Shown: piece by piece, positions 48,250 through 56,191 of the stretch | How positions within the stretch are numbered: position 1 is the stretch's first letter | Layout: each line of letters opens with the position of its first letter | NCBI GenBank assembly: GCA_964572255.1 | Contig: CAZNEE010000001.1 | Span: 139,520 to 203,519, forward strand | Direction: 5' to 3' | DNA from: an uncultured Planctomycetia bacterium | Lineage (GTDB): Bacteria; Omnitrophota; Gorgyraeia; Tantalellales; Tantalellaceae | DNA: 64,000 nucleotides | Position numbers and translations under genes: made by a program | The notes under the pieces: model-generated | What the model saw: the letters and a program-made list of their open reading frames with translations, nothing else | Told to the model about the DNA's origin: nothing | Databases searched by the model: none

Positions 48250-49515
48250 ATGAAAGATGTACTTTGTGTAGTTTTAGGCGGGGGAAGAGGGACCAGGCTC
48301 TATCCTCTTACCAAAGAAAGAGCCAAGCCGGCAGTGCCTTTATTCGGGAAATACAGGCTTATAGATATCCCTGTAAGTAATTGCCTTAATTCTGATTTTA
48401 AAAAAATATATATTCTCACCCAGTTCCGATCCGAATCACTGAATAAACATATTTCCAGGACATACAAGATGGAGCCTTTTTCTAAAGGTTTTATCGAGAT
48501 CATGGCGGCAGAACAGTCATGGGAAAGTCCTGAAGGTATTACCGATTGGTTCCAGGGAACGGCTGATGCCGTGAGAAGGGGCCTTAAGCATTTTAATGAT
48601 CCCGCTATCAAGTATATAATGGTCCTTTCCGGGGATCAGCTCTACAAGATGAATTTTATTGAACTTTTCAGGTATCACCAAGACAGGAAAGCTGAAGTGA
48701 CCGTGGCATGTAATCTTGTAAAAGAGAAAGAGACCTCTCATTTCGGCATAATGGGGATAGACAAGAATACCAGGATCACAAAATTTGTGGAAAAACCGGA
48801 TAACTTAAAAGAAATAGAAGATATTAAGATCAAACAGGGGAAGGAATCTTATTTTTTAGGTTCAATGGGTATTTATCTTTTCAACAAAGATGTTCTCATC
48901 GATCTTCTCAAGGAAGAGAAAAAAGTGGATTTCGGGAAGGAGATCATACCGGACGCAATTAAATCAAGATCAACTCATGCGTATATCTTTGACGGCTATT
49001 GGCGGGACATCGGAACTATCAAAACTTTTTATGAAGAGAATCTTTCCCTGACAGAGCCCGTACCTCCTCTTGACATGTTCGATGAGGAGTGGCAGATATT
49101 CACCAGGCCACGTTACTTGTCACCCGCAAAAGTTGAAAACAGCTGTATAGAAAAAAGTATTATTGCAGAAGGTGCCATTATCCAGTCGTCCAAAATAGAG
49201 CACTCCATAATAGGCCTTCGTTTAAGGGTGGATAATGATGCCGAGGTGAAAGACACGGTCGCCATGGGCTGCGATTACTACCAAACCATGGGTGAGATCG
49301 AAGAAGACATAAAAAACGGAGTTCCTCATTTGGGTATAGGGAAAAAATGCGTTATACATAAAGCTATTTTAGACAAAAATGTCCGTATAGGCGATGATGT
49401 AAGGATCCTTAACAAAAAAGGGATAGAGAATGAGGACGGTTCGTGTTATTACATAAGGGACGGTATAGTTGTTATACCTAAAAATGCCGTTGTACCGTCC
49501 GGTACGGTGATTTAA
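48250..49515 (+). CDS. glgC: Glucose-1-phosphate adenylyltransferase
   Basis: VVLGGGRGTRLYPLTKERAKPAVPLFGKYRLIDIPVSNCLNS and the C-terminal left-handed beta-helix. Confidence 0.9.
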   Translation: MKDVLCVVLGGGRGTRLYPLTKERAKPAVPLFGKYRLIDIPVSNCLNSDFKKIYILTQFRSESLNKHISRTYKMEPFSKGFIEIMAAEQSWESPEGITDWFQGTADAVRRGLKHFNDPAIKYIMVLSGDQLYKMNFIELFRYHQDRKAEVTVACNLVKEKETSHFGIMGIDKNTRITKFVEKPDNLKEIEDIKIKQGKESYFLGSMGIYLFNKDVLIDLLKEEKKVDFGKEIIPDAIKSRSTHAYIFDGYWRDIGTIKTFYEENLSLTEPVPPLDMFDEEWQIFTRPRYLSPAKVENSCIEKSIIAEGAIIQSSKIEHSIIGLRLRVDNDAEVKDTVAMGCDYYQTMGEIEEDIKNGVPHLGIGKKCVIHKAILDKNVRIGDDVRILNKKGIENEDGSCYYIRDGIVVIPKNAVVPSGTVI

Positions 49516-49516
49516 T

Positions 49517-50275
49517 ATGCAGGACACATTTGCGATAACAATTCTTTTCATATTTATTTGCACGCTTTTCGGGGCGTTTATAAAAGGCAGGTCGAAGGAC
49601 AGGTGTTTAAATGATTTTTCCGATTTTCCGGTCACGTTAAAAAGAGAAGACGGAAAGATCGTTTGGGGAAGGTGCAGGATCGAAAACTCCGGCCTGGAAC
49701 TTGTTTATGACAAGCCGCACCTCGATGCGGATGACGGCCACATTGAAAAAAGCTATATCTTATATAAGGCGGAATTCGGTGCTATAAGAGCTATCGCCAG
49801 ATATGTTGATGCACTTTCATCCGAAGAGCTGAAGATCCGCGATAAGGTCCTGACGAGAACAATAGAACCTTCTCTTTATTCTGTTTTCTTAAGAAAAATA
49901 CGCAATATTTTCGGGACTATAAGGGATTCAATAATGGAAGTGGCAAGTCTTTTGCTCGGACGCATGAAAACAGCTCATCCCGGAGCCAAAATTCTTCAAG
50001 GGCAGGACAAATATATATCTCAGATCCAGCAGCAGAGCATCTCTGCAGTCGGGACTTCATATGAGCCGATATTGGAAAGATATATAGGTAAAAAGATGGT
50101 TTTGGATGTTAAAGAAGGGGATCAGAGGAAAGAATGTACCGGGATCCTTAAGGATTACACGATCGAATTCATCGAAATTTTAGATACGGATTTTGCTTGT
50201 GAAGAAGGGCAACTATCTCGGAAAGCTGACCTGGTCGTTCCGCGCAATATTGGAATAGTCAGGCATTCCGGATGA
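49517..50275 (+). CDS. Hypothetical protein with an N-terminal TM anchor
   Basis: 252-aa ORF immediately after glgC (the glgC TAA stop is followed directly by this ATG); no recognisable family. Confidence 0.5.
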   Translation: MQDTFAITILFIFICTLFGAFIKGRSKDRCLNDFSDFPVTLKREDGKIVWGRCRIENSGLELVYDKPHLDADDGHIEKSYILYKAEFGAIRAIARYVDALSSEELKIRDKVLTRTIEPSLYSVFLRKIRNIFGTIRDSIMEVASLLLGRMKTAHPGAKILQGQDKYISQIQQQSISAVGTSYEPILERYIGKKMVLDVKEGDQRKECTGILKDYTIEFIEILDTDFACEEGQLSRKADLVVPRNIGIVRHSG

Positions 50276-50285
50276 TAATATATAG

Positions 50286-50305
50286 GTCTTTGAAAAGTCT
50301 TTGAA
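50286..50305. promoter_or_regulatory. Direct repeat GTCTTTGAA-AA-GTCTTTGAA upstream of the Rrf2 regulator gene (candidate operator)
   Basis: Seen in the sequence. Confidence 0.25.
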
Positions 50306-50376
50306 CTAAAAAAAACCGGATAAACCAAACTGAAATTAGCGGGTTATCTATCGACTTCTTAGTCTGGGAGGATAAA

Positions 50377-50820
50377 ATGAAGGTAAGTTCAAGACTAGAT
50401 TATGCGATGTCCTGTGTGTTGAGGGTTGCGGATCAATATGACAGCAAAAGACCCGTAACTGCGAGAGAGATCTCTAAAAAAGAGAAAATAGCGGCTGAGT
50501 ATGCTGAACAGCTTTTAACAAAGCTGAAAAGGTCCGGAGTGGTCAGGAGTGTAAGAGGCGTCAAAGGCGGGTATATCCTATCCGATTCCCCAAGCAGGAT
50601 AAAAACAACGGATGTAGTAAGGACATTTGATAAGGATATACTTACTTTGGTATGTTACAGGCCGAAAGGAAGAAGAGGCAAGTGCATTCATTACGATGAT
50701 TGCAAGATAAGGTTTTTCTGGTTGGGGCTAAAGGATGACATGGAAACTTATTTTGACCATTATGATCTGGGGGAATTATTGAAAAAGAGAAGGGAAGAAA
50801 AGAACTGGAAAGGGGCATAA
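50377..50820 (+). CDS. Rrf2-family transcriptional regulator (IscR/NsrR-like) with a C-terminal Cys cluster
   Basis: N-terminal HTH ([14 protein letters not shown]...[40 protein letters not shown]); C-terminal Cys residues [14 protein letters not shown]. Confidence 0.85.
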   Translation: MKVSSRLDYAMSCVLRVADQYDSKRPVTAREISKKEKIAAEYAEQLLTKLKRSGVVRSVRGVKGGYILSDSPSRIKTTDVVRTFDKDILTLVCYRPKGRRGKCIHYDDCKIRFFWLGLKDDMETYFDHYDLGELLKKRREEKNWKGA

Positions 50821-50821
50821 T

Positions 50822-50962
50822 ATGAAGAAGTACAGATGTCTTGTTTGCGAATGGGTTTACGATCCTGCCGAGAATAATAATGTTGATTTTAACGATCTTC
50901 CGGAAGACTGGGTTTGTCCGGAATGCGGTGCGGGAAAAGATCAGTTTGTACCTGTAGAATAA
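50822..50962 (+). CDS. Rubredoxin (46 aa)
   Basis: [19 protein letters not shown]...[17 protein letters not shown], i.e. two CxxCG knuckles, with RBS AAAGGGG. Not in the ORF track because it is under 60 aa. Confidence 0.8.
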   Translation: MKKYRCLVCEWVYDPAENNNVDFNDLPEDWVCPECGAGKDQFVPVE

Positions 50963-50986
50963 GCGAGAAACTGAAGGAGGATCATA

Positions 50987-51394
50987 ATGACTAAATTAAG
51001 AGAACTATATCGGTGTAACGTATGCGGAAATGTTGTTGAGATAACACATGAAGGGGCACCGTCTCTAGTCTGCTGTAATGAGCCAATGCAAAAGCTGGAA
51101 GCAAAAACGCAGGATGAAGGCCTTGAGAAACATGTTCCGGTTATCGAAAGAATGGATACCTCTCCCACAGGATGCGACTGTAAGGAATGCGGCGTGAAAG
51201 TAAAGGTCGGAAGCGTAGAACATCCGATGGAAGAAAAACATTTCATTAAATTTATAGAGGTTCTGACAAAGGACCAGGTGCTAAGAGCGGAACTTAAACC
51301 GGGGATGAAACCTGAAGCCGCTTTTTGCGTGAAGGAAGAGGATATAGTTGGAGTAAGAGAGTTTTGCAATATTCATATGCTTTGGAAGAAATAA
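50987..51394 (+). CDS. dfx: Desulfoferrodoxin (2Fe superoxide reductase)
   Basis: Desulforedoxin-like centre I (YRCNVCGNVVEI...LVCCNEPM) plus the SOR domain (EKHVPVIER...). Strong RBS GAAGGAGG. Confidence 0.9.
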   Translation: MTKLRELYRCNVCGNVVEITHEGAPSLVCCNEPMQKLEAKTQDEGLEKHVPVIERMDTSPTGCDCKECGVKVKVGSVEHPMEEKHFIKFIEVLTKDQVLRAELKPGMKPEAAFCVKEEDIVGVREFCNIHMLWKK

Positions 51395-51410
51395 CCAGAA
51401 AGGAAATTTT

Positions 51411-51986
51411 ATGCCGGAACTAAAAGGAACGCAAACTGAAAAAAATCTTCTTGCATCTTTTGCGGGAGAATCTCAAGCAAGGAACCGCTACACTTATTTC
51501 GCTTCCGCAGCTAAAAAGGAAGGGTACGAACAGATAGCTGCGATTTTTCTTGAGACCGCGGAGAATGAAAAGGAGCATGGTAAGAGATTTTTTAAGTTTT
51601 TAAAAGGCGGAGATGCTGAAATAACAGCCACTTACCCGGCGGGCGTTATAGGCAAAACCGCCGAAAACCTTAAAGAAGCCGCTGACGGCGAACGGCTTGA
51701 ATGGGGAACTCTTTACAAGGATGCCGCGAAAACCGCGCTTGATGAAGGTTTTGAAGAGATCACGGAACTTTTCAAAAATATAGCCGCGGTTGAAAAAGAA
51801 CACGAAGCGAGATACCGTAAACTATTGGCAAATCTCGAGGGAGGCAGCATATTCAAAAAAGATCAGCCTGTCAAGTGGAGATGCCGCAATTGCGGATACG
51901 TGCATGAAGCTCAAGAAGCCCCCAAAACTTGCCCGGCATGTTTACATCCGCAGTCATATTATGAACTCCTAGTTGAGAATTATTGA
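51411..51986 (+). CDS. rbr: Rubrerythrin
   Basis: Diiron ferritin-like helices (E..H motifs) plus a C-terminal rubredoxin-like domain (CRNCGYVHE...CPAC). Confidence 0.9.
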   Translation: MPELKGTQTEKNLLASFAGESQARNRYTYFASAAKKEGYEQIAAIFLETAENEKEHGKRFFKFLKGGDAEITATYPAGVIGKTAENLKEAADGERLEWGTLYKDAAKTALDEGFEEITELFKNIAAVEKEHEARYRKLLANLEGGSIFKKDQPVKWRCRNCGYVHEAQEAPKTCPACLHPQSYYELLVENY

Positions 51987-51988
51987 TC

Positions 51989-52558
51989 ATGAAGGTTCTT
52001 GGCATAAGCGGAAGTCCCCGAAAAGGCGGCAATTCGGATGTTTTGCTTGAAAAGGCGCTGGAAGGCGCCAGGTCAAGCGGGGCAGAGACAGAGATCATCT
52101 ATTTACGGGATCTGAATTTTTCACCGATCCAAGAAGAAGAATATGAAAAAGTCAATGATGATGGCCTTTCTGTCATTGATGATGATATGCAGCTGGTCTT
52201 TAAAAAGATAGATGAAGCTGGCGTTCTTATCCTGGCCTCGCCTATCTTTTTCGGCAGTCTTAGTTCGCAGGCCAAAATGATGATAGACCGTTTTCAATGC
52301 GTATGGCTGGCCAAAAATATTTTCCATAAAGAGATCTTTACTGAAACAAAGAAGGGGGCATTTATCTCTGTTGAAGCAACGACAAGAGATGATTTTTTCC
52401 AAAGCGCCAAGTCTATTGTAAGGCATTTCTTCGCGACAATAAACATGCATTACGAAGATGAACTGTTCTGCCCGGGGATAGATAAAAAAACCGGTGCGGC
52501 AGAGCATCCTGAATATTTAGAAAAAGCGTTTGAACTGGGCAGGAATATAGTTTCATAA
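51989..52558 (+). CDS. NAD(P)H-dependent FMN reductase / flavodoxin-like oxidoreductase
   Basis: MKVLGISGSPRKGGNSD N-terminus typical of NADPH-dependent FMN reductases and iron-sulfur flavoproteins. Confidence 0.7.
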   Translation: MKVLGISGSPRKGGNSDVLLEKALEGARSSGAETEIIYLRDLNFSPIQEEEYEKVNDDGLSVIDDDMQLVFKKIDEAGVLILASPIFFGSLSSQAKMMIDRFQCVWLAKNIFHKEIFTETKKGAFISVEATTRDDFFQSAKSIVRHFFATINMHYEDELFCPGIDKKTGAAEHPEYLEKAFELGRNIVS

Positions 52559-52588
52559 GAGTTTGAGGGCTGATGAAATGGAGGGAAC

Positions 52589-53089
52589 ATGGGGAAAAGT
52601 TTTTCGGGTTGTGAGATCATCGAGATCGCGATCCAGATAGAGAAGAACGGGATAGATTTTTACAACGGGTTGATCGAAATGTCCAAGCATGATAAAGCCA
52701 AGGAAGTCTTTAAGTATTTGGCCCAGCAGGAAGAAGAGCATATAAGGATCTTTAAGGGAATTTTTGACCCAAAATGCTCATATGAGCCTCAAGGCGCTTA
52801 TCCGGACGAATATTTCGCGTACATGAACGCTCTTGCCAGCGGCTATATCTTCACTAAAGAGAATAAAGGTAAAGAGATCGCCTCCGGAGTAAAAAACGAT
52901 AAAGAAGCGATCGATCTTGGGATCAAGTTTGAAAAAGAGTCTATACTTTTTTATGAAGGGATGAGAAAGATCGTTCCTGATAAGGATCAGCAGCTGCTTG
53001 AGAGAGTTATCAATGAGGAAAAGGAACATCTTAAAAAACTATGCGAACTAAAAGGGGACGTGCCAGTCGGGGACACCCCATGTGCTTGA
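52589..53089 (+). CDS. Ferritin-like diiron protein (rubrerythrin-family, no rubredoxin domain)
   Basis: Two EExH-containing helices (QQEEEHIRIF, NEEKEHLKKL). The C-terminal residues are encoded by the GC-rich repeat. Confidence 0.6.
   Translation: MGKSFSGCEIIEIAIQIEKNGIDFYNGLIEMSKHDKAKEVFKYLAQQEEEHIRIFKGIFDPKCSYEPQGAYPDEYFAYMNALASGYIFTKENKGKEIASGVKNDKEAIDLGIKFEKESILFYEGMRKIVPDKDQQLLERVINEEKEHLKKLCELKGDVPVGDTPCA
53054..53079. repeat. GC-rich repeat GGGGACGTGCCAGTCGGGGACACCCC
   Basis: Same family as 22920-22945; it overlaps the 3' end of the ferritin-like gene. Confidence 0.7.
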
Positions 53090-53143
53090 AATAGATTTAA
53101 AAATATAATTTTTATCTGAAATTGAGAGGGGTGGGAAGGTATA

Positions 53144-53386
53144 ATGAGCAAAAAAGTTTTTATATACAGTACTCCGACATGTCCGTTCTGCAGGAAGACA
53201 AAACAATTCCTACAGGACAATAATATTGAATTTACTGATTATGATGTATCCAGTGACCATGCAAAAGCTGAAGAAATGGTGCAGAAGTCTGGGCAGATGG
53301 GAGTGCCCGTTCTCGATATAGAAGGCGAGATCGTAGTTGGTTTTGATAAGGAAAAAATAGAAAAATTGTTAGATCTTTACGCTTAG
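53144..53386 (+). CDS. Glutaredoxin-like protein (CPFC active site)
   Basis: VFIYSTPTCPFCRKTKQFL...GVPVL..; 80 aa. Confidence 0.8.
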   Translation: MSKKVFIYSTPTCPFCRKTKQFLQDNNIEFTDYDVSSDHAKAEEMVQKSGQMGVPVLDIEGEIVVGFDKEKIEKLLDLYA

Positions 53387-53412
53387 GGGACGTGCCATGG
53401 GGGGGACACCCC
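53386..53412. repeat. GC-rich repeat GGGGACGTGCCATGGGGGGGACACCCC (overlaps the grx stop codon)
   Basis: Same repeat family; it forms an inverted pair with 53483-53508. Confidence 0.7.
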
Positions 53413-53482
53413 GCAAGGTTAAATTAATTCGTTTTTTTGGCATTTTAAGGGATTTTTAAAAATTTGGTTAGTTTTGTGTTGA

Positions 53483-53508
53483 GGGGTGTGCCCCCATGGC
53501 ACGTCCCC
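53483..53508. repeat. GC-rich repeat (reverse orientation) GGGGTGTGCCCCCATGGCACGTCCCC
   Basis: Its reverse complement matches the 53386-53412 copy; about 70 bp of AT-rich spacer lies between them. Confidence 0.7.
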
Positions 53509-53525
53509 GATTGAGCAAGTTTAAT

Positions 53526-54455
53526 ATGGCTAAGATTTACGATCTGATCATAGTCGGCGCAGGGCCGGCAGGAATAACCGCAAGCGTTTATGCCGCTCGC
53601 AAAAGAATGGATTTTATCGTGCTTACGGGAGACATCGGGGGACAGGCGGCCTGGAGCGGTGATATAGAGAATTACACGGGTTACCAGTTCATTACCGGCC
53701 CCGAACTCGCAGCGAAATTTGAAGAACATATGAAAGAATACGGCGTCGAGGTCAAGGAAGGCGAAGAAGTCAAGGAACTTTGGAAAGAGGATGATATTGT
53801 TCATGTCAAGACAGGGCAAGACGAATATCTTTCCCGGACAGCGATAATAGCTTCAGGAAAAAAGTCAAAAGAACTTGAAGTGGCCGGGGAGAAGGAATTC
53901 AAGAATAAAGGCCTTACATATTGCGCAACGTGCGATGGGCCGTTGTTTTCAGACAAGGAAGTGGCCGTTATAGGCGGCGGTAATTCCGCTCTTGATGCCG
54001 TACTGCAGCTTACCAAAATAGCCAAGAAGATCCACATTATAAACAATATACCTGAACTTGGAGGCGATCAGATAGTGAGGAAAAAGGCGGAAGAAAGCGA
54101 TAAAGTGATCGTGCATAATAATTCCGAGGTAACTGCCGTTCTCGGAGAAAAATTTGTCAGTGCCATCAAGATCAAAAAGGACGGGAAAGAAGAGACCATA
54201 TCTGTTCAGGGAGTTTTTGTTGAAATAGGCCTGATACCCAATTCGGATTTTGTCAAAAATCTTAAAAAAAATGATAATAATGAAATAAAGGTTAGTTGTT
54301 CAAACGAGACCAATGTGGCCGGTATTTTCGCCGCAGGTGATGTTACGGATGTTCCCGAAAAACAGATAATCGTAGCTGCCGGGGACGGCGCAAAAGCTGC
54401 ATTGAGTGCGTTCAGGTATATTTCCAGGACTAGTATGGAATCCGTAAATTGGTGA
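53526..54455 (+). CDS. trxB: Thioredoxin-disulfide reductase
   Basis: FAD motif YDLIIVGAGPAG, redox-active CATCDG, and the NADPH motif GGGNSA. An alternative upstream ATG at 53496 lies inside the repeat. Confidence 0.85.
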   Translation: MAKIYDLIIVGAGPAGITASVYAARKRMDFIVLTGDIGGQAAWSGDIENYTGYQFITGPELAAKFEEHMKEYGVEVKEGEEVKELWKEDDIVHVKTGQDEYLSRTAIIASGKKSKELEVAGEKEFKNKGLTYCATCDGPLFSDKEVAVIGGGNSALDAVLQLTKIAKKIHIINNIPELGGDQIVRKKAEESDKVIVHNNSEVTAVLGEKFVSAIKIKKDGKEETISVQGVFVEIGLIPNSDFVKNLKKNDNNEIKVSCSNETNVAGIFAAGDVTDVPEKQIIVAAGDGAKAALSAFRYISRTSMESVNW

Positions 54456-55081
54456 AAAAACTTCTCAAAGAGTATAAAGAAAGAAGATCCCAGATCAGGA
54501 AGAGGCTTAAAGATTTCAAGGCTACCTGGTCCATGCCTGATGAGAGAATCTTTAGTGAACTTTGTTTCTGCATATGCACTCCTCAATCAAAAGCTATCTA
54601 TTGTGATCAGGCCATAAAAAATTTAGAGAAAAACAACATTTTATATAAAGGCAGCCTTCGCCAGGTAAGATCACATCTTCACAAGGTGAGATTCCCGAAT
54701 AATAAATCAAAATATATAGTAGAAGCAAGAAAGTTTTTCTCGCAAAAGGGCGGAATAAGGATCAAAGATAAGCTTGATACCGGTAAGATCAAAAATACCC
54801 GCCATTGGCTTGTACGAAACGTAAAAGGGCTTGGGCTTAAGGAGGCAAGCCATTTCTTGAGGAACATCGGGTTTGGCAGGAAGCTAGCGATCCTGGATGT
54901 CCATATCCTGAAGAACATGAAAAAGTACGGTATCATAAAAGAGGTCCCGAAAAACATTTCAGAGAAGAAGTATTTAATTTTAGAGGAAAAGATAGAAAAG
55001 TTCTCAGGCAAGATTAATATTCCCATGGATGAACTGGACCTGCTTTTCTGGGCATCTGAGACCGGCGTTGTTTTTAAGTGA
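54449..55081 (+). CDS. N-glycosylase/DNA lyase (8-oxoguanine DNA glycosylase, Ogg2-type HhH-GPD)
   Basis: About 210 aa starting ...RIFSELCFCICTPQSKA..., with an HhH region LVRNVKGLGLKEASHFLRNIG and the catalytic Lys context. Confidence 0.65.
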   Translation: MVKKLLKEYKERRSQIRKRLKDFKATWSMPDERIFSELCFCICTPQSKAIYCDQAIKNLEKNNILYKGSLRQVRSHLHKVRFPNNKSKYIVEARKFFSQKGGIRIKDKLDTGKIKNTRHWLVRNVKGLGLKEASHFLRNIGFGRKLAILDVHILKNMKKYGIIKEVPKNISEKKYLILEEKIEKFSGKINIPMDELDLLFWASETGVVFK

Positions 55082-55123
55082 ACTATTATGTATAATTCCT
55101 TATAATATAGTTGAGGGGTTGAT

Positions 55124-56185
55124 GTGGTTAAATGGCAGTACGGAAAAAGGCTTAAACCTTCGGTTTTTGATATACCGGTGGAAAAGATAAAGAGCGGCTG
55201 GTATAGCGATAAGTATTTTGTCCGCACGAAAAAAATACTCGAAAAAGATAATGTACATACAAGAGCGCTGATGCAGGTCTTTTGTAGAAAAGATGCCACT
55301 GTATGCGGTATTGACGAGGCGATCGCTATATTGAAGCTATGTGCTGACAGGCCGAAGGAACTTAAGGTCAGGGCTTTGTATGACGGGGATGAAGTAAGGG
55401 CCGGAGAGACTGTCATGACGATAGAGGGGGATTACAGCACGTTCGCCCATCTTGAGACAGTTTATCTGGGGGTTATAGCAAGACCAACGGCGGTAGCAAC
55501 AGCTGTTAAGAAAGTCGTGAAAGCCGCTAAAGATAAAAAGGTCCTCTTTTTTCCCGCCAGGTTCGATCATTACAGAGTACAGACAACTGATGGATACGCG
55601 GCGTTCATTTCAGGGGCTTTGGGCGTATCAACCGATGCTCAAGGTTTGTGGTGGGGCGAGAAGGGTTTAGGAACGGTTCCGCACGGTCTCATAGCCGCTT
55701 TTGGGGGAGACACAGTTAAAGCGGCAGTAGCATTTGATAAATACATGCCTAAAAATATCCAGCGCATAGTACTTGTTGATTTTGAAAATGACTGTATCGG
55801 TACTTCCTTGAAAGTTGCGAAGGCTCTCGGCAGGAGACTTTGGGGGGTACGTTTTGATACGGCGGAAGACGTGAAAGACAAGTCTGTTAAAGGAAATTCG
55901 AAGGCTTCATATGGAGTATGCCCTGAACTTATTTTTAAAGCGCGGAAAACTTTTGATAGAGAAGGTTTTGATTATGTAAAGGTCATAATATCAAGCGGTT
56001 TTAACGAAGAAAAAATAAAGAAGTTCATAAAGATGAAAGTGCCGTTTGACGCTGTAGGGGTGGGTTCGGCGCTCTTTAGAGAAAAAATAGATTTTACCGC
56101 AGATGTAGTTAAGATCAACGGCAAGGCTCTTTCTAAAATAGGGAGAAAATACAACCCGAATCCGAAATTAAAACTTGTGAGGTAG
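55124..56185 (+). CDS. Nicotinate phosphoribosyltransferase-like protein
   Basis: GTG start with RBS GAGGGG; ...GWYSDKYFVRTKKIL...GIDEA... pattern of the NAPRTase/QPRTase superfamily. Confidence 0.55.
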   Translation: MVKWQYGKRLKPSVFDIPVEKIKSGWYSDKYFVRTKKILEKDNVHTRALMQVFCRKDATVCGIDEAIAILKLCADRPKELKVRALYDGDEVRAGETVMTIEGDYSTFAHLETVYLGVIARPTAVATAVKKVVKAAKDKKVLFFPARFDHYRVQTTDGYAAFISGALGVSTDAQGLWWGEKGLGTVPHGLIAAFGGDTVKAAVAFDKYMPKNIQRIVLVDFENDCIGTSLKVAKALGRRLWGVRFDTAEDVKDKSVKGNSKASYGVCPELIFKARKTFDREGFDYVKVIISSGFNEEKIKKFIKMKVPFDAVGVGSALFREKIDFTADVVKINGKALSKIGRKYNPNPKLKLVR

Positions 56186-56191
56186 GATAAA

